A DNA stretch of 64,000 nucleotides from Coriobacteriia bacterium (GTDB lineage Bacteria; Actinomycetota; Coriobacteriia; WRKU01), in the NCBI GenBank assembly GCA_009777935.1, contig WRKU01000001.1, positions 67,770 through 131,769 on the forward strand. Direction: 5' to 3'. The notes beneath the pieces are model-generated. The model made no database searches and was not told where the DNA came from. It worked only from the letters and a program-made list of their open reading frames with translations. This document shows, piece by piece, positions 25,953 to 39,692 of the stretch (position 1 is its first letter; each line of letters opens with the position of its first letter). A program made the translations under genes and the position numbers.

Positions 25953-27795
25953 CGTCGCCCCCCTCCGCCAATTCCTCGGGGGTCAGCTGGGACGCAGCAA
26001 TCTCCTGATAGACCTTACAGCAGGCCAGAAGCTCGTGATGGGTACCGTGTCCGACGATTCTTCCCCCATCGAGCACGAGGATAGCGTCGGCATCTGCTAT
26101 CGTGGAAATACGCTGAGCAACGATGAGAGCAACCGAGCCGGCAAGTTCAGGTACGAGTGCCTCACGCAGCTTTGCGTCGGTCTTAAGATCAAGTGCGCTA
26201 AACGAATCGTCGAAGAGGTAGATGCCGGGACGCCGCACGATGGCGCGCGCGATGGCGATTCGCTGCTTCTGCCCCCCGCTAAAGTTCGCGCCACCCTGCG
26301 AGACGGGGCTATCGATGCCGTCGGACTGCGTGGCGACGAACGCCGTTGCCTGCGCAATATCGAGCGCTTGTTCGACCTCATCATCGGTGGCGTCTTCTTT
26401 GCCGAAGCGTACGTTTTCGGCAATCGTGCCACTGAAGAGCGTCGCCTGTTGCGGTGCATACGCAATGAGCTCATGCAGACGATGTTGACTCAGTTGTTGC
26501 ACATCGATGCCGTGCACCAGCACGGTGCCGGCGGTTACGTCGTAGAGTCGCTCGATGAGGTTGAGAATCGTTGACTTTCCCGATCCGGTCGAGCCGATAA
26601 TCGCCGTTACCTCACCGGCCTTTGCCGTAAACGTAATATCACGCAGCACCGGCTCGGCGCTACCGGGGAAAGCGAACGCGACATCACGAAACTCAACCTC
26701 GGGCGTCGTGCCTGCCGTATCGACAGGGCTCACAGGGTCTTCGATGACCGGCTCGACCTCAAGGACATCATTGATACGCTCGGCCGAAACGCTGGCGCGC
26801 GGATACATCACGAATATCATCGAAAGCATGACGACGCTAAAGAGAATCTGCATGGCGTACTGCAAAAAGGCCATCATATCGCCAAGCTGCATCGAAAGAT
26901 CGGCGATAAGATGCGCACCGAACCAGATGATAGCGATGGTGGTGAACTGAAGAATCAGCTGCATAATCGGCGTCATCGTGACCATCATACGATTGACTTT
27001 GACGGTCGTGTCTGTGAGGTCATCGTTGACCTCCTCGAAGCGCCGCTGTTGCGTATCTTGCCGGTTAAAGGCGCGGATAACGCGCACACCGGTCAACCCT
27101 TCGCGTGCCACTAGGTTGAGACGGTCGGTCTTACCTTGGATCGAACGGAAGAGTGGCATTGCATAGTAAATGAGCACCCCAATGATGACGAAAAGTATCG
27201 GCAACACCACACCGAGAATCCACGTCAGCGATACGTTGGTGCGCAACGCCATGAATATGGCTCCAACCCCCGTGAGCGGTGCCATCGTGGCCAAGCGCAG
27301 GAGAAAGAACGTCATCTGTTGGACCTGCTGGATATCATTGGTGGAGCGTATGATGAGCGAGGCCGTCGAGAATCGATCGAACTCGATGAGCGAGAAGCTC
27401 TCGACCTTCGCAAAGATATCTCTGCGCAGATCACGCGCGATGGCAGCCGAGACGCGTGAAGCGAAAAAGCCGGCCGATATCGCTGCCGTGCCCGCGATAA
27501 GCGTAATAGCAAGCATGAGTGAACCTTTGTGCAGGAAATACGTCCTCTGTGCTGCCGTCAGCGTGGTGCCCGTCTCGCTCGCGGTCGCCTCAGTTATCGC
27601 ATCGGCGACGGCTTGAGCGACGACGGGGTCTTCCTGCATATTGCCTTCAACGCCACGCTGAATGATGCCGACGTTGACGATATCGGCCATCTGGTTGGGT
27701 AGCTCAAGAGTGCAAACAACCTGCACACTCACGAAAAGGAGAACCGCGAGGCATGAAAACAGGTGCGGCCGGATATAGCGAACGAGCTTGAGCAT
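25945..27795 (-). CDS. ABC exporter permease/ATPase, degenerate-site half of a heterodimer
   Basis: Walker A is GSTGSGKST and the signature is canonical (FSGGQKQR). Walker B is LFDDSFSALD (catalytic Glu replaced by Asp) and the H-loop is VAQRIST (His replaced by Gln). Confidence 0.9.
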   Translation of the reverse strand: MLKLVRYIRPHLFSCLAVLLFVSVQVVCTLELPNQMADIVNVGIIQRGVEGNMQEDPVVAQAVADAITEATASETGTTLTAAQRTYFLHKGSLMLAITLIAGTAAISAGFFASRVSAAIARDLRRDIFAKVESFSLIEFDRFSTASLIIRSTNDIQQVQQMTFFLLRLATMAPLTGVGAIFMALRTNVSLTWILGVVLPILFVIIGVLIYYAMPLFRSIQGKTDRLNLVAREGLTGVRVIRAFNRQDTQQRRFEEVNDDLTDTTVKVNRMMVTMTPIMQLILQFTTIAIIWFGAHLIADLSMQLGDMMAFLQYAMQILFSVVMLSMIFVMYPRASVSAERINDVLEVEPVIEDPVSPVDTAGTTPEVEFRDVAFAFPGSAEPVLRDITFTAKAGEVTAIIGSTGSGKSTILNLIERLYDVTAGTVLVHGIDVQQLSQHRLHELIAYAPQQATLFSGTIAENVRFGKEDATDDEVEQALDIAQATAFVATQSDGIDSPVSQGGANFSGGQKQRIAIARAIVRRPGIYLFDDSFSALDLKTDAKLREALVPELAGSVALIVAQRISTIADADAILVLDGGRIVGHGTHHELLACCKVYQEIAASQLTPEELAEGGDDG

Positions 27796-27801
27796 CTGCG
27801 G

Positions 27802-29151
27802 TTATTCGTCGGTGGCGGGAGTCTCCTCGCCTCCGTCGTCGGCGAGCACGGGGGCGGCCTCTTCAGCAGGGGCTGCTTCGGTGGTCTCTTCGGTAGCCGC
27901 CTCTTCGGGGGCTGCCTCAGGAGCCTCGGTAGCCTCTTCGACGACGTCGGCCGGTGCTTCCTCTGTGGGCTGTTCTGCCGACGGCGCATCGGCGGCCGAG
28001 ACCTCGTCGTCCTTCGGCTTAATCTCGACCTCGAAACCAAGATCTTCGGCGGCGGCGCGCATCGACAACGAGATGCGGCGCTTCTCCGCGTTGACATCCA
28101 TAACTTTGACCTGCGCCTTATCCCCTACGGCAACGACTTGATCGGGTGTGGCGACGTGTCCTTTCGCCATCTCAGAGATATGTACAAGACCCTCGATACC
28201 GTCGCCGAGCTCGACAAAGACCCCAAACGGCACGAGTTTTGTCACCGAACCTTCGATGATCGTGTCGACCGGATAGCCTTCGGCCATCTTCTTCCAAGGA
28301 TCTTCGCTCGTCTGCTTGAGGCCGAGCGAAATACGCTCGCGTTCAAGCTCAACTTCAAGTACCTGCACCTCAACTTCGGCACCGACTTCAAGAATCTCAG
28401 ACGGATGATTGACGTGGCTCCATGAGAGCTCGCTTATGTGCGCAAGCCCATCGATACCGCCGAGGTCGATGAAGGCACCGTAATCAACAATTGAACTAAC
28501 GACACCGGGCAGTATCATGCCCTTCTGCATCTTAGCGAGAAGCTCGCCACGGTCTTGACGACGATCTTCCTCAAGCAACACGCGACGCGAGAGCACGACG
28601 TTGTTGCGGTTGCGGTCCATCTCGATAATCTTTGCTTCAAGCACCTCGCCGAGGAACGTTTCAAGATCACGTGCGCGCCGCAGGTCAACGAGTGAGGCCG
28701 GCAGGAAGCCACGCAGCCCGATGTCAACGATAAGGCCACCCTTGACGACCTCGATGACCTCGCCCGATACGACTTCGCCTGACTCAAACTGCTCTTCGAC
28801 GTTCTTCCACGCGCGCTCGTACTCGGCACGTTTCTTCGAAAGAATGAGGCGTCCTTCTTTGTCCTCTTTCATGAGCACGAGTGCTTCGATCTCGTCGCCA
28901 ACCTGGACGAGATCGGCGGGGTTCACATCCTTGCGAATCGAAAGTTCGCGTGCCGGAATCACGCCTTCTGATTTATACCCAATGTCCACGAGCACCTCAT
29001 CGTGCTCGATCTTGACGATGGTACCTGCAACGAGGTCGCCTTCGTCAAAATCGGTTAACGTTGTGTCAATGAGTTTTTCGAGCTCGTCTTGTGAAATATC
29101 AGTGTGCTCGAACGTCGTACCAAAACCTTGCTTCGTATCCTTCTCGGCCAT
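27802..29151 (-). CDS. rpsA: 30S ribosomal protein S1 (four S1 domains plus an acidic Ala/Glu/Thr-rich tail)
   Basis: Repeated S1-fold motifs (G.VVxGxV..I....v.VDIG.K.EG.I, GFLPASL, GLAHISE, GLVHISE). Confidence 0.95.
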   Translation of the reverse strand: MAEKDTKQGFGTTFEHTDISQDELEKLIDTTLTDFDEGDLVAGTIVKIEHDEVLVDIGYKSEGVIPARELSIRKDVNPADLVQVGDEIEALVLMKEDKEGRLILSKKRAEYERAWKNVEEQFESGEVVSGEVIEVVKGGLIVDIGLRGFLPASLVDLRRARDLETFLGEVLEAKIIEMDRNRNNVVLSRRVLLEEDRRQDRGELLAKMQKGMILPGVVSSIVDYGAFIDLGGIDGLAHISELSWSHVNHPSEILEVGAEVEVQVLEVELERERISLGLKQTSEDPWKKMAEGYPVDTIIEGSVTKLVPFGVFVELGDGIEGLVHISEMAKGHVATPDQVVAVGDKAQVKVMDVNAEKRRISLSMRAAAEDLGFEVEIKPKDDEVSAADAPSAEQPTEEAPADVVEEATEAPEAAPEEAATEETTEAAPAEEAAPVLADDGGEETPATDE

Positions 29152-29286
29152 TACGTGTCCTTACCGTTCTCCCGTTACCATTACACCAGCAACCCCCGGT
29201 GAGTACACCGTGGGCAACCGTGCCTAACAGTATAGCAGAGTTTAGCAACGAACAGTATGAAGTAGACGATGAAAGGTGCGAAGCGT

Positions 29287-29517
29287 CTACGCGGCAACGA
29301 CGCCGGTAACCTCAGGCAGCTCCTTTTTTAGCACGCACTCGACCTGCGTGGCAAGCGTAAACTGCGACATCGGGCAGCCCTTGCAGGCGCCCTGCAGCTC
29401 GACGACGACCGTGCCGTCGTCTTTGACGTCGACGAGCGTGATGTCGCCTCCGTCGGCCTGCAAGCGTGGACGAATCGTTTCGAGCACTTCCTGAACTGAG
29501 GTTTTATCTAAGGCCAT
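29287..29517 (-). CDS. NifU-like (Nfu C-terminal domain) Fe-S cluster carrier
   Basis: MALDKTSVQEVLETIRPRLQADGGDITLVDV...LQGACKGCPMSQFTL (CxxC). ATG 29517 has a GGAG SD. The longer ORF-track version overlaps the 5S rRNA. Confidence 0.85.
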   Translation of the reverse strand: MALDKTSVQEVLETIRPRLQADGGDITLVDVKDDGTVVVELQGACKGCPMSQFTLATQVECVLKKELPEVTGVVAA

Positions 29518-29593
29518 AAGGAATCTCCTCTTGAGGTAGGTGACGACTTCTGTTGTCACTTCTGTCGCCATTATAGCAAAAAAGTTGCCTAGT

Positions 29594-29712
29594 TGATGAG
29601 CGGCGACCTGCTCTCCCATCACCTTTCGTGACAGTACCATCGGCGCATACGAGCTTAACTTCCGAGTTCGGAATGGGATCGGGTGTACCCCCGTAGCTAT
29701 AACCACTCATCA
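29594..29712 (-). rRNA. rrf: 5S ribosomal RNA
   Basis: The reverse strand reads TGATGAGTGGTTATAGCTACGGGGGTACACCCGATCCCATTCCGAACTCGGAAGTTAAGC...GGGAGAGCAGGTCGCCGCTCATCA. The terminal helix I pairs. Confidence 0.93.
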
Positions 29713-29792
29713 TCTAGACAACTTCTTTTCAAGGTGCACTCGTACAAGCACCTTCAAAGTCAAATAGCGCTAAATCGCAAAAATCGTATTAA

Positions 29793-32780
<2,988 letters not shown>

Positions 32781-32841
32781 ATACTAATACGATTTAATTG
32801 ATTCAACGCTATTCAACTTTCAAGGTGCTCGTACCTGAAAT

Positions 32842-32880
32842 GGCGAACCCTGAAAATTGGATATTGGCAGGTCAAGTCGG
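32842..32880 (-). repeat. 16S processing-stem arm in the 16S-23S spacer; pairs with 34563..34605
   Basis: Plus strand ggcgaaccctgaaaattggatattggcaggtcaagtcgg is the near-perfect reverse complement of 34563..34605. In the transcript the two arms bracket the 16S, like an RNase III stem. Confidence 0.6.
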
Positions 32881-32894
32881 GGAAACTACTCCCT

Positions 32895-34403
<1,509 letters not shown>

Positions 34404-34562
34404 TAGATTTCACGGCAAACTCTTGCGAGCGCCGTTGCATCTTGTGTTGTGTGTACGCAAGCGCATAATCGAGACTCACCTCGACGCTGCGTGCGAAATG
34501 TTTGATTCTGTTGTGTGTCTTCTCGGTGTGGCTCTTGCGAGCCGTTTCGATTAGACGGGTTT

Positions 34563-34605
34563 AAATTTGACTTGTCTGCACAATATCCAATTTTCAAGGT
34601 TCACC
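34563..34605 (-). repeat. 16S processing-stem arm in the rRNA leader; pairs with 32842..32880
   Basis: The RNA reads GGUGAACCUUGAAAAUUGGAUAUUGUGCAGACAAGUC. It is complementary to spacer GACUUGACCUGCCAAUAUCCAAUUUUCAGGGUUCGCC. Confidence 0.6.
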
Positions 34606-34663
34606 TTCCACGCGCCTCTTACGCACACGAATACTAAATCCCGTGAAAACGCGCGGATTATCT

Positions 34664-34692
34664 ACAATACGGTATCAAACCGAATTGCGCAA
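34664..34692 (-). promoter_or_regulatory. Candidate rRNA operon promoter (TTGCGC-N17-TATTGT)
   Basis: The reverse strand reads TTGCGC AATTCGGTTTGATACCG TATTGT, about 260 nt upstream of the mature 16S 5' end. Hexamer matches are weak and other placements are possible. Confidence 0.25.
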
Positions 34693-34815
34693 GGGGTTTT
34701 ACAAAAAACTTTGAGTTTTTTCTGATGTGGTTGAAGCCCCTAATGTTAGCACAGAGGACACATGTTGCATGGTGTCGTGCGTCGAACGCTTACAACCTTA
34801 TATAGAATAGCACAT

Positions 34816-36114
34816 CTAGGGAGTAGTTGCAAGTATCCGCGCAAACTTTCTTTTGCCGACTTGGAGGACGGCGCCTGTGAGTGTGTTGGGGTGCATGCGA
34901 AATTGCTTAGGCTCAAGCTTGGCACCACCGACCTTTACACCACCGCCATCAATGAGCTTACGTGCTTCATTTGCCGAGGGCGTAAGAGCAAGTTTTGTCA
35001 TCAGAGCTGCAAGATATACGTATCCACCGTCTAATCCCGGCATATCGTAGTCCGGATTAGGATCAGGTGTTACCTTCCCCGTGACGAAATTGACCGTATA
35101 TTCGGGCATATCGTCGGGTGCGGCATGCTCCTTGAACTGGCGGTCGAACGCCGCCTCGGCCTCACGCGCCGCCGCTTCGTCGTGATAGAGCGTCACAATC
35201 TCACGGCCGAGGCGGCGTTTTGCTTCGTTCGGATGAAGCGAACCGTCGGCCAACCCGCGCTCGATAGCATCGACTTCATCGACAGGAAGCAGGGTGCACA
35301 GCCGATAGTATTTCACAATGAGCGTGTCGGGAATGCTCATAACCTTGCCGAACATATCGGTCGACGTGTCGGTCAGGCCGATGTAGTTGCCGTAACTTTT
35401 GCTCATCTTCTTGACACCATCGGTGCCTTCGAGCAACGGCAACGTCAGGCAGACCTGCTCAGGCCTACCCATCTTCTTGGCGAGCTCGCGGCCGGCCAGC
35501 AGGTTAAAGAGTTGGTCGGTACCACCGATTTCGACATCGGCCTCAATCATGATACTGTCGTAAGCCTGCATCAACGGATAGAGTAGTTCGTGTTGCGAGA
35601 TCTCCTCGCCCGCTTTGAGCCGTTTGCTAAAATCATCGCGCTCGATGGTACGTGCAAGAGTGAACTTGCTTGTGAGCTGTATGGTATCGGCAAAAGTAAG
35701 TTTGCCGAGCCACTCGGAGTTGCGATGCACCTCGGTCTGATCGGGATCGAGGATATGGAAGGCCTGCTCCATGTAGGTCTGTGCGTTTGCTTCGATCTCA
35801 TCGATCGAGAGCGGCGGACGCGTCGTATTGCGTCCACTCGGATCACCAATAAGCGCGGTGAAGTCACCAATAATAAGCACGACCGTATGTCCGAGGTCTT
35901 GGAACTGGCGCAGCTTGCGTAGCGGTACCGCGTGTCCGAGGTGCAGATCGGGTGCGGTCGGGTCGACGCCCAGCTTGATACGTAAGGGTCGATCCTCTTC
36001 AAGCTTGGCGAGCAGCGCATCGTGCGGCACGATATCGGCCGTACCGCTCTCAATGATATGCAGCTGTTCCTGGGGGTTAATCACGCCGAGCCTCATCCTT
36101 TCGCCGAGATGCAC
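34816..36114 (-). CDS. tyrS: Tyrosine--tRNA ligase
   Basis: PDLHLGHAVP (HIGH), KMSKS and a C-terminal S4-like domain. GTG start at 36114 with AAGGAG 8 nt upstream. Confidence 0.95.
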   Translation of the reverse strand: MHLGERMRLGVINPQEQLHIIESGTADIVPHDALLAKLEEDRPLRIKLGVDPTAPDLHLGHAVPLRKLRQFQDLGHTVVLIIGDFTALIGDPSGRNTTRPPLSIDEIEANAQTYMEQAFHILDPDQTEVHRNSEWLGKLTFADTIQLTSKFTLARTIERDDFSKRLKAGEEISQHELLYPLMQAYDSIMIEADVEIGGTDQLFNLLAGRELAKKMGRPEQVCLTLPLLEGTDGVKKMSKSYGNYIGLTDTSTDMFGKVMSIPDTLIVKYYRLCTLLPVDEVDAIERGLADGSLHPNEAKRRLGREIVTLYHDEAAAREAEAAFDRQFKEHAAPDDMPEYTVNFVTGKVTPDPNPDYDMPGLDGGYVYLAALMTKLALTPSANEARKLIDGGGVKVGGAKLEPKQFRMHPNTLTGAVLQVGKRKFARILATTP

Positions 36115-36218
36115 AACGCCGTCTCCTTTGTCTAGATTGGCGTACGCCCCACTATACCATGTTATGCTGTATCATACGAAATGGTTCAGGCAAACCGTTA
36201 CGCATGGAGGAGGATCGT

Positions 36219-36674
36219 ATGGACGCAGTGCCGTGGTTTTGGATTTGGGTGGTGCTGGCTGCAGCGCTCTGTATCGTCGAGATGCTGACGCTCGGCTTCT
36301 TTTTGCTGCCCTTTGCCATCGGTGCAGCAGTGGCAGCAATCGCCAATTTTTTCGGCGCCAACCTCGCCATTCAGTGGATGCTCTTCGTTGCAGTTTCGGT
36401 ACTCATGCTCGTCATTTTACGGCGATTCGCCAATCGCGTGACCAAGACCACTAACGTTGCAAGCGGCGTCGAGCGTCTCATTGGACGTACCGGTGAAGTT
36501 ATCGCATCACACGCACCCGAAGGTCTCTTTCGCGTACGTGTCGAGCGCGAAGAGTGGAATGCAAGCATCGAGAGTGGCGAGCAGCCCGCAATAGGTGCAA
36601 AGGTTAAGGTTATCAGTGTCGATGGAACACGCCTCATCGTGACGGCCTACGATGAGGAATCAGAGAGGGTGTGA
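36219..36674 (+). CDS. NfeD-family membrane protein
   Basis: Two or three TM helices followed by an OB-fold-like C-terminus (GRTGEVIA...[12 protein letters not shown]...[15 protein letters not shown]). ATG 36219 follows GGAGGAGGA. Paired with a downstream SPFH gene. Confidence 0.8.
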   Translation: MDAVPWFWIWVVLAAALCIVEMLTLGFFLLPFAIGAAVAAIANFFGANLAIQWMLFVAVSVLMLVILRRFANRVTKTTNVASGVERLIGRTGEVIASHAPEGLFRVRVEREEWNASIESGEQPAIGAKVKVISVDGTRLIVTAYDEESERV

Positions 36675-36681
36675 GGGGTCT

Positions 36682-37614
36682 ATGACAAACGAAATGATTG
36701 GTATTCTCGCGGTATTGGGCGTCACCGTTGCGATGGTGGTTGTGGTCTTTGCCGCACGCGCCGTGCGTATCATACGCCCCCACGAACGTGGCGTTGTCGA
36801 ACGTCTCGGTAAGTATCAGCAAACGTGGGAACCCGGCCTCCACCTGCTTGTACCGTTCATCGATCGCGTAACGAAGGTCGACATGCGCGAGGATGTTGTT
36901 GACGTACCACCGCAAGAAGTCATCACAAAGGATAACGTTGCCGTCACCGTCGACGCCGTTGTCTATTACGAGGCAACCGACCCGTTCAAGCTCATCTTTA
37001 ACGTGACGAACTTCCATCTGGCCGCCACTAAACTCGCACAAACGAATCTGCGTAATCTCATCGGCGAGATGCAGCTCGACGAGTCGCTGACGAGTCGTGA
37101 AACGATTAACGTAGCGTTGCGCGACATTCTCGATGATGCAACCGATAAGTGGGGCGTGCGCGTGGTGCGCGTCGAGCTTCAGCGCATCGAGCCGCCACAC
37201 GACGTAACGCAGGCAATGCACCGTCAGATGAAGGCCGAACGTGACCGCCGCGCCATGATTCTCGAAGCCGAAGGTGATCGTGAGGCCGCCATCGCGCGCG
37301 CAGAGGGCCAGAAGCGAGCCGATATCCTTGAGGCCGAGGGACAGGCTGCCGCCATCCGTGAGATGGCCGATGCCGAGCGCGCGCAGAAGATACTCATCGC
37401 CGAAGGTGAAGCGCAGGCCATCAAGAACGTCTTTGAGGCTATCCACGAGGGACGGCCCACCGAGGATCTGCTGACCGCACGCTATCTCGAGACGCTCAAG
37501 CACGTGGCTGACGGCAATGCCACGAAGATATTTATGCCACTTGAGATGCAGGGACTAGGTAATATGGTCGGTGCTGTCGGTGAGCTGTTCAAGAGCACGC
37601 AGGACTCCGCGTAA
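36682..37614 (+). CDS. SPFH/Band-7 (stomatin-like) protein
   Basis: N-terminal TM helix, SPFH core ([10 protein letters not shown]...[11 protein letters not shown]...) and an Ala/Glu-rich coiled coil. ATG 36682 follows GAGGGG. Confidence 0.9.
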   Translation: MTNEMIGILAVLGVTVAMVVVVFAARAVRIIRPHERGVVERLGKYQQTWEPGLHLLVPFIDRVTKVDMREDVVDVPPQEVITKDNVAVTVDAVVYYEATDPFKLIFNVTNFHLAATKLAQTNLRNLIGEMQLDESLTSRETINVALRDILDDATDKWGVRVVRVELQRIEPPHDVTQAMHRQMKAERDRRAMILEAEGDREAAIARAEGQKRADILEAEGQAAAIREMADAERAQKILIAEGEAQAIKNVFEAIHEGRPTEDLLTARYLETLKHVADGNATKIFMPLEMQGLGNMVGAVGELFKSTQDSA

Positions 37615-37621
37615 GTTCGTC

Positions 37622-37661
37622 GTCACAAGGTTCGAGTACGCTGTACGAGTCACCTTGTGAC
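37622..37661. terminator. Hairpin between the convergent SPFH and U32 genes (possible bidirectional terminator without a U-tract)
   Basis: Perfect 10-bp arms, gtcacaaggt (37622..37631) and accttgtgac (37652..37661), with a 20-nt loop. Confidence 0.35.
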
Positions 37662-37713
37662 TCCTGCTTACGCGAAGCCCTGAGCACTCGCTATATGAGA
37701 TGTTCTGTGGTGT

Positions 37714-39639
37714 CTATATAACACCACGATAGAAGTGGCCGCGCGTCGTGTTTTTGCGTGCCTCCGGCATCTCGCCGGAGGTATACGCTTCGATGAGTGC
37801 GCTACGAATACGCGTAACTTCGGTCGGCACGAACGAGTTGCGCGCCGTTTCGAGGTCAAGCCGTACCGCACTCACACCGCTCTGCACGATTTCGGGAAGT
37901 GCTTCGATGAGGTCAAGCGGCACACTGTTGTAGAGGTGACTGCGACCACGTGGGTCAGTACGCACCGGGAAACAGTAACCGAGACGATCACGCAACGCCG
38001 TGTGCTCGGTACGCCGTTTGCAGGTAGCACACCGCTGCGCGCACGATCCGCGCGCCATCAGCACGCAGTGTTCGGTGACCATTGCCTCTTGCATGCCGCT
38101 GATCGCCATGCCCAGCGGAACCGCTGTCGCGGTGCGTCGTGCAATTGCAGCAATCTGCTTGCCGGAAAGCTCAGGCGAAAGCCACACGCGTGTAGCATCA
38201 AGTCGCGCGAAAACATCGCAGGTCAGGTGGTTCGTTGCGTTGAGTGACCAGTGCGCTTGCGCCGGAATATCGCGCTCCCGACACACCCGCAACTGTCCAA
38301 GCGTTGCGCACACAGCGGCACCAAAACGATACGCCACGCCGAGCATCTCCTCAAACTCATCATCGTGACAGACGCGAGGGAGCACCGGCACGACCCCGGG
38401 ATACGGCTCGGCATCGAGAAGCTCGTGCGCATCGACGTGGGCCTCAGTAGCCTGCGCGTTGAGCGCCGCTTTTGCCGCGCCGCACGTTGCACAGACTGCA
38501 ACGATTTCGACCGAAGGCGCCCCGCCCTTGAGTTTGCGCTTGACGCGCGGTGGCGGTTCGTATGTGATAGGTTCACGCTTCTTAATGCCATAGGTATCAA
38601 GCGCTTGAGCACGTGCTATGCACTGCGCTGCGAACGCCTCAAGAGCCGCGGTGTCCTCGCGCCCCGCCCCTTTTGCGTAACTCATTATCTCGTTGCCGCG
38701 CTCGGCGGCGAGGTAGGCCTCCGTAAATCCGCGATTGTACGCTATGTTGAGAGCGGGTATACGGGCTCGTGTGCCTACTACTGCCTGCTTATAGTTTGCA
38801 ACAACAGTTGCCACATAGCCCGGAGACTTCATACGGCCCTCAATCTTAAGCGATGCAATACCGGTCGCCGCAAGCTCTTTGAGTCGCTCGACGGTACAGA
38901 GGTCACGGGGGGAAAGCAGGTGTGCACCGCCCACGACCTCGTGTGACTCCCCCGCGCGGTCAACGAGCTCGTAAGGCAACCGGCACGGCTGCGCACACAG
39001 CCCACGATTTGCACTTCGCCGTCCCACGAGCGAAGACATGAGACATTGGCCCGAATACGAAACACACAGCGCACCGTGCGCGAAAGCCTCGACCTCGACA
39101 CTGCATTCGCGTCCAACGGCTGCCAGTGTTGCGATTTCGGTAAGTGAGAGTTCGCGTGCCAGCGTCACCCGCGCGACGCCGAGCTCGGCCAATGCACGTA
39201 GCGTGTGGGAGTCATGACAGTTGGTCTGCGTCGAGACGTGGATGCGTACCGTAGGCAAACGCTCGGCGATTGCGGCGATAAGCCCGATGTCTTGCACGAT
39301 GACCGCATCGGCTCCGGCATTCCACACATCGGCCACGAGCGTCAGCACTTCATCGATCTCGTGTGGCAGTATCACGGTATTGACCGTCACATAGACCCGC
39401 GCGCCGGCCGCGTGCGCTATGCGCGCACAGCTCGTAAACGACTTTAAGGTAAAATTCTTCGCCCCGCGACGTGCATTAAACGATGACAGCCCCAAATAGA
39501 CGGCGTCAGCACCGGCACCTACTGCAGCCAAAAATGCCTCGCGTGTGCCGGCCGGCGCAAGAATTTCGGGTGTCGCGCCGGACGCCATATCGAACGCAAC
39601 AGAATGCGCTATTTCGGGTTTTTCACAAATGTTGTGCAA
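37714..39639 (-). CDS. U32-family protein with two U32-like modules
   Basis: The N-terminal module has PEILAPAG...GADAVYLG and the U32 signature EAFAHGALCVSYSGQCLMSS...CAQPC. The C-terminal half has a second, degenerate signature, EAMVTEHCVLMARGSCAQRCATCK. The start is uncertain: TTG 39639 or ATG 39588 (MASGATPEILAPAG). Confidence 0.85.
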   Translation of the reverse strand: MHNICEKPEIAHSVAFDMASGATPEILAPAGTREAFLAAVGAGADAVYLGLSSFNARRGAKNFTLKSFTSCARIAHAAGARVYVTVNTVILPHEIDEVLTLVADVWNAGADAVIVQDIGLIAAIAERLPTVRIHVSTQTNCHDSHTLRALAELGVARVTLARELSLTEIATLAAVGRECSVEVEAFAHGALCVSYSGQCLMSSLVGRRSANRGLCAQPCRLPYELVDRAGESHEVVGGAHLLSPRDLCTVERLKELAATGIASLKIEGRMKSPGYVATVVANYKQAVVGTRARIPALNIAYNRGFTEAYLAAERGNEIMSYAKGAGREDTAALEAFAAQCIARAQALDTYGIKKREPITYEPPPRVKRKLKGGAPSVEIVAVCATCGAAKAALNAQATEAHVDAHELLDAEPYPGVVPVLPRVCHDDEFEEMLGVAYRFGAAVCATLGQLRVCRERDIPAQAHWSLNATNHLTCDVFARLDATRVWLSPELSGKQIAAIARRTATAVPLGMAISGMQEAMVTEHCVLMARGSCAQRCATCKRRTEHTALRDRLGYCFPVRTDPRGRSHLYNSVPLDLIEALPEIVQSGVSAVRLDLETARNSFVPTEVTRIRSALIEAYTSGEMPEARKNTTRGHFYRGVI

Positions 39640-39679
39640 CCTTTTAGCCTCAGGGGTCGAATATCTCTTACAATCCTAC

Positions 39680-39685
39680 TATAAT
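39680..39685 (+). promoter_or_regulatory. -10 box (TATAAT) 7 nt upstream of the PBP1A ATG (leaderless-type geometry)
   Basis: The plus strand reads ctacTATAATagagtatATG. A second -10-like TACAAT lies at 39669..39674. Confidence 0.3.
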
Positions 39686-39692
39686 AGAGTAT

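Noticed and set aside
24825-26574. Plus-strand ORFs of 347 aa (24825..25868) and 308 aa (25648..26574)
   Set aside because: Both are antisense to the two ABC exporter genes, which have unambiguous Walker and signature motifs.
29518-29706. N-terminal 63 codons of ORF 29287..29706
   Set aside because: This extension runs through the 5S rRNA gene. The Nfu-like domain starts at ATG 29517, which has its own SD and an extended -10 promoter.
34703-34721. Perfect A/T hairpin aaaaaact-ttg-agtttttt about 95 nt downstream of tyrS, considered as the tyrS terminator
   Set aside because: The stem is only A-T pairs, so it has very low stability, and there is no G/C core. It may instead be an UP-element-like A/T tract for the rRNA promoter, but there is no evidence either way.
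36634-37503. 289-aa minus-strand ORF
   Set aside because: Antisense to the SPFH/stomatin gene, which pairs with the upstream NfeD gene on the plus strand as expected for that family.
37622-37661. Apparent similarity between this intergenic hairpin (loop containing GTACGAGTCACCTTG) and hairpins in the rRNA spacers (GTACGAGTGCACCTTG), considered as a dispersed repeat family
   Set aside because: The strand orientation differs and only about 15 nt match. Two or three occurrences are too few to distinguish from chance without a genome-wide count.
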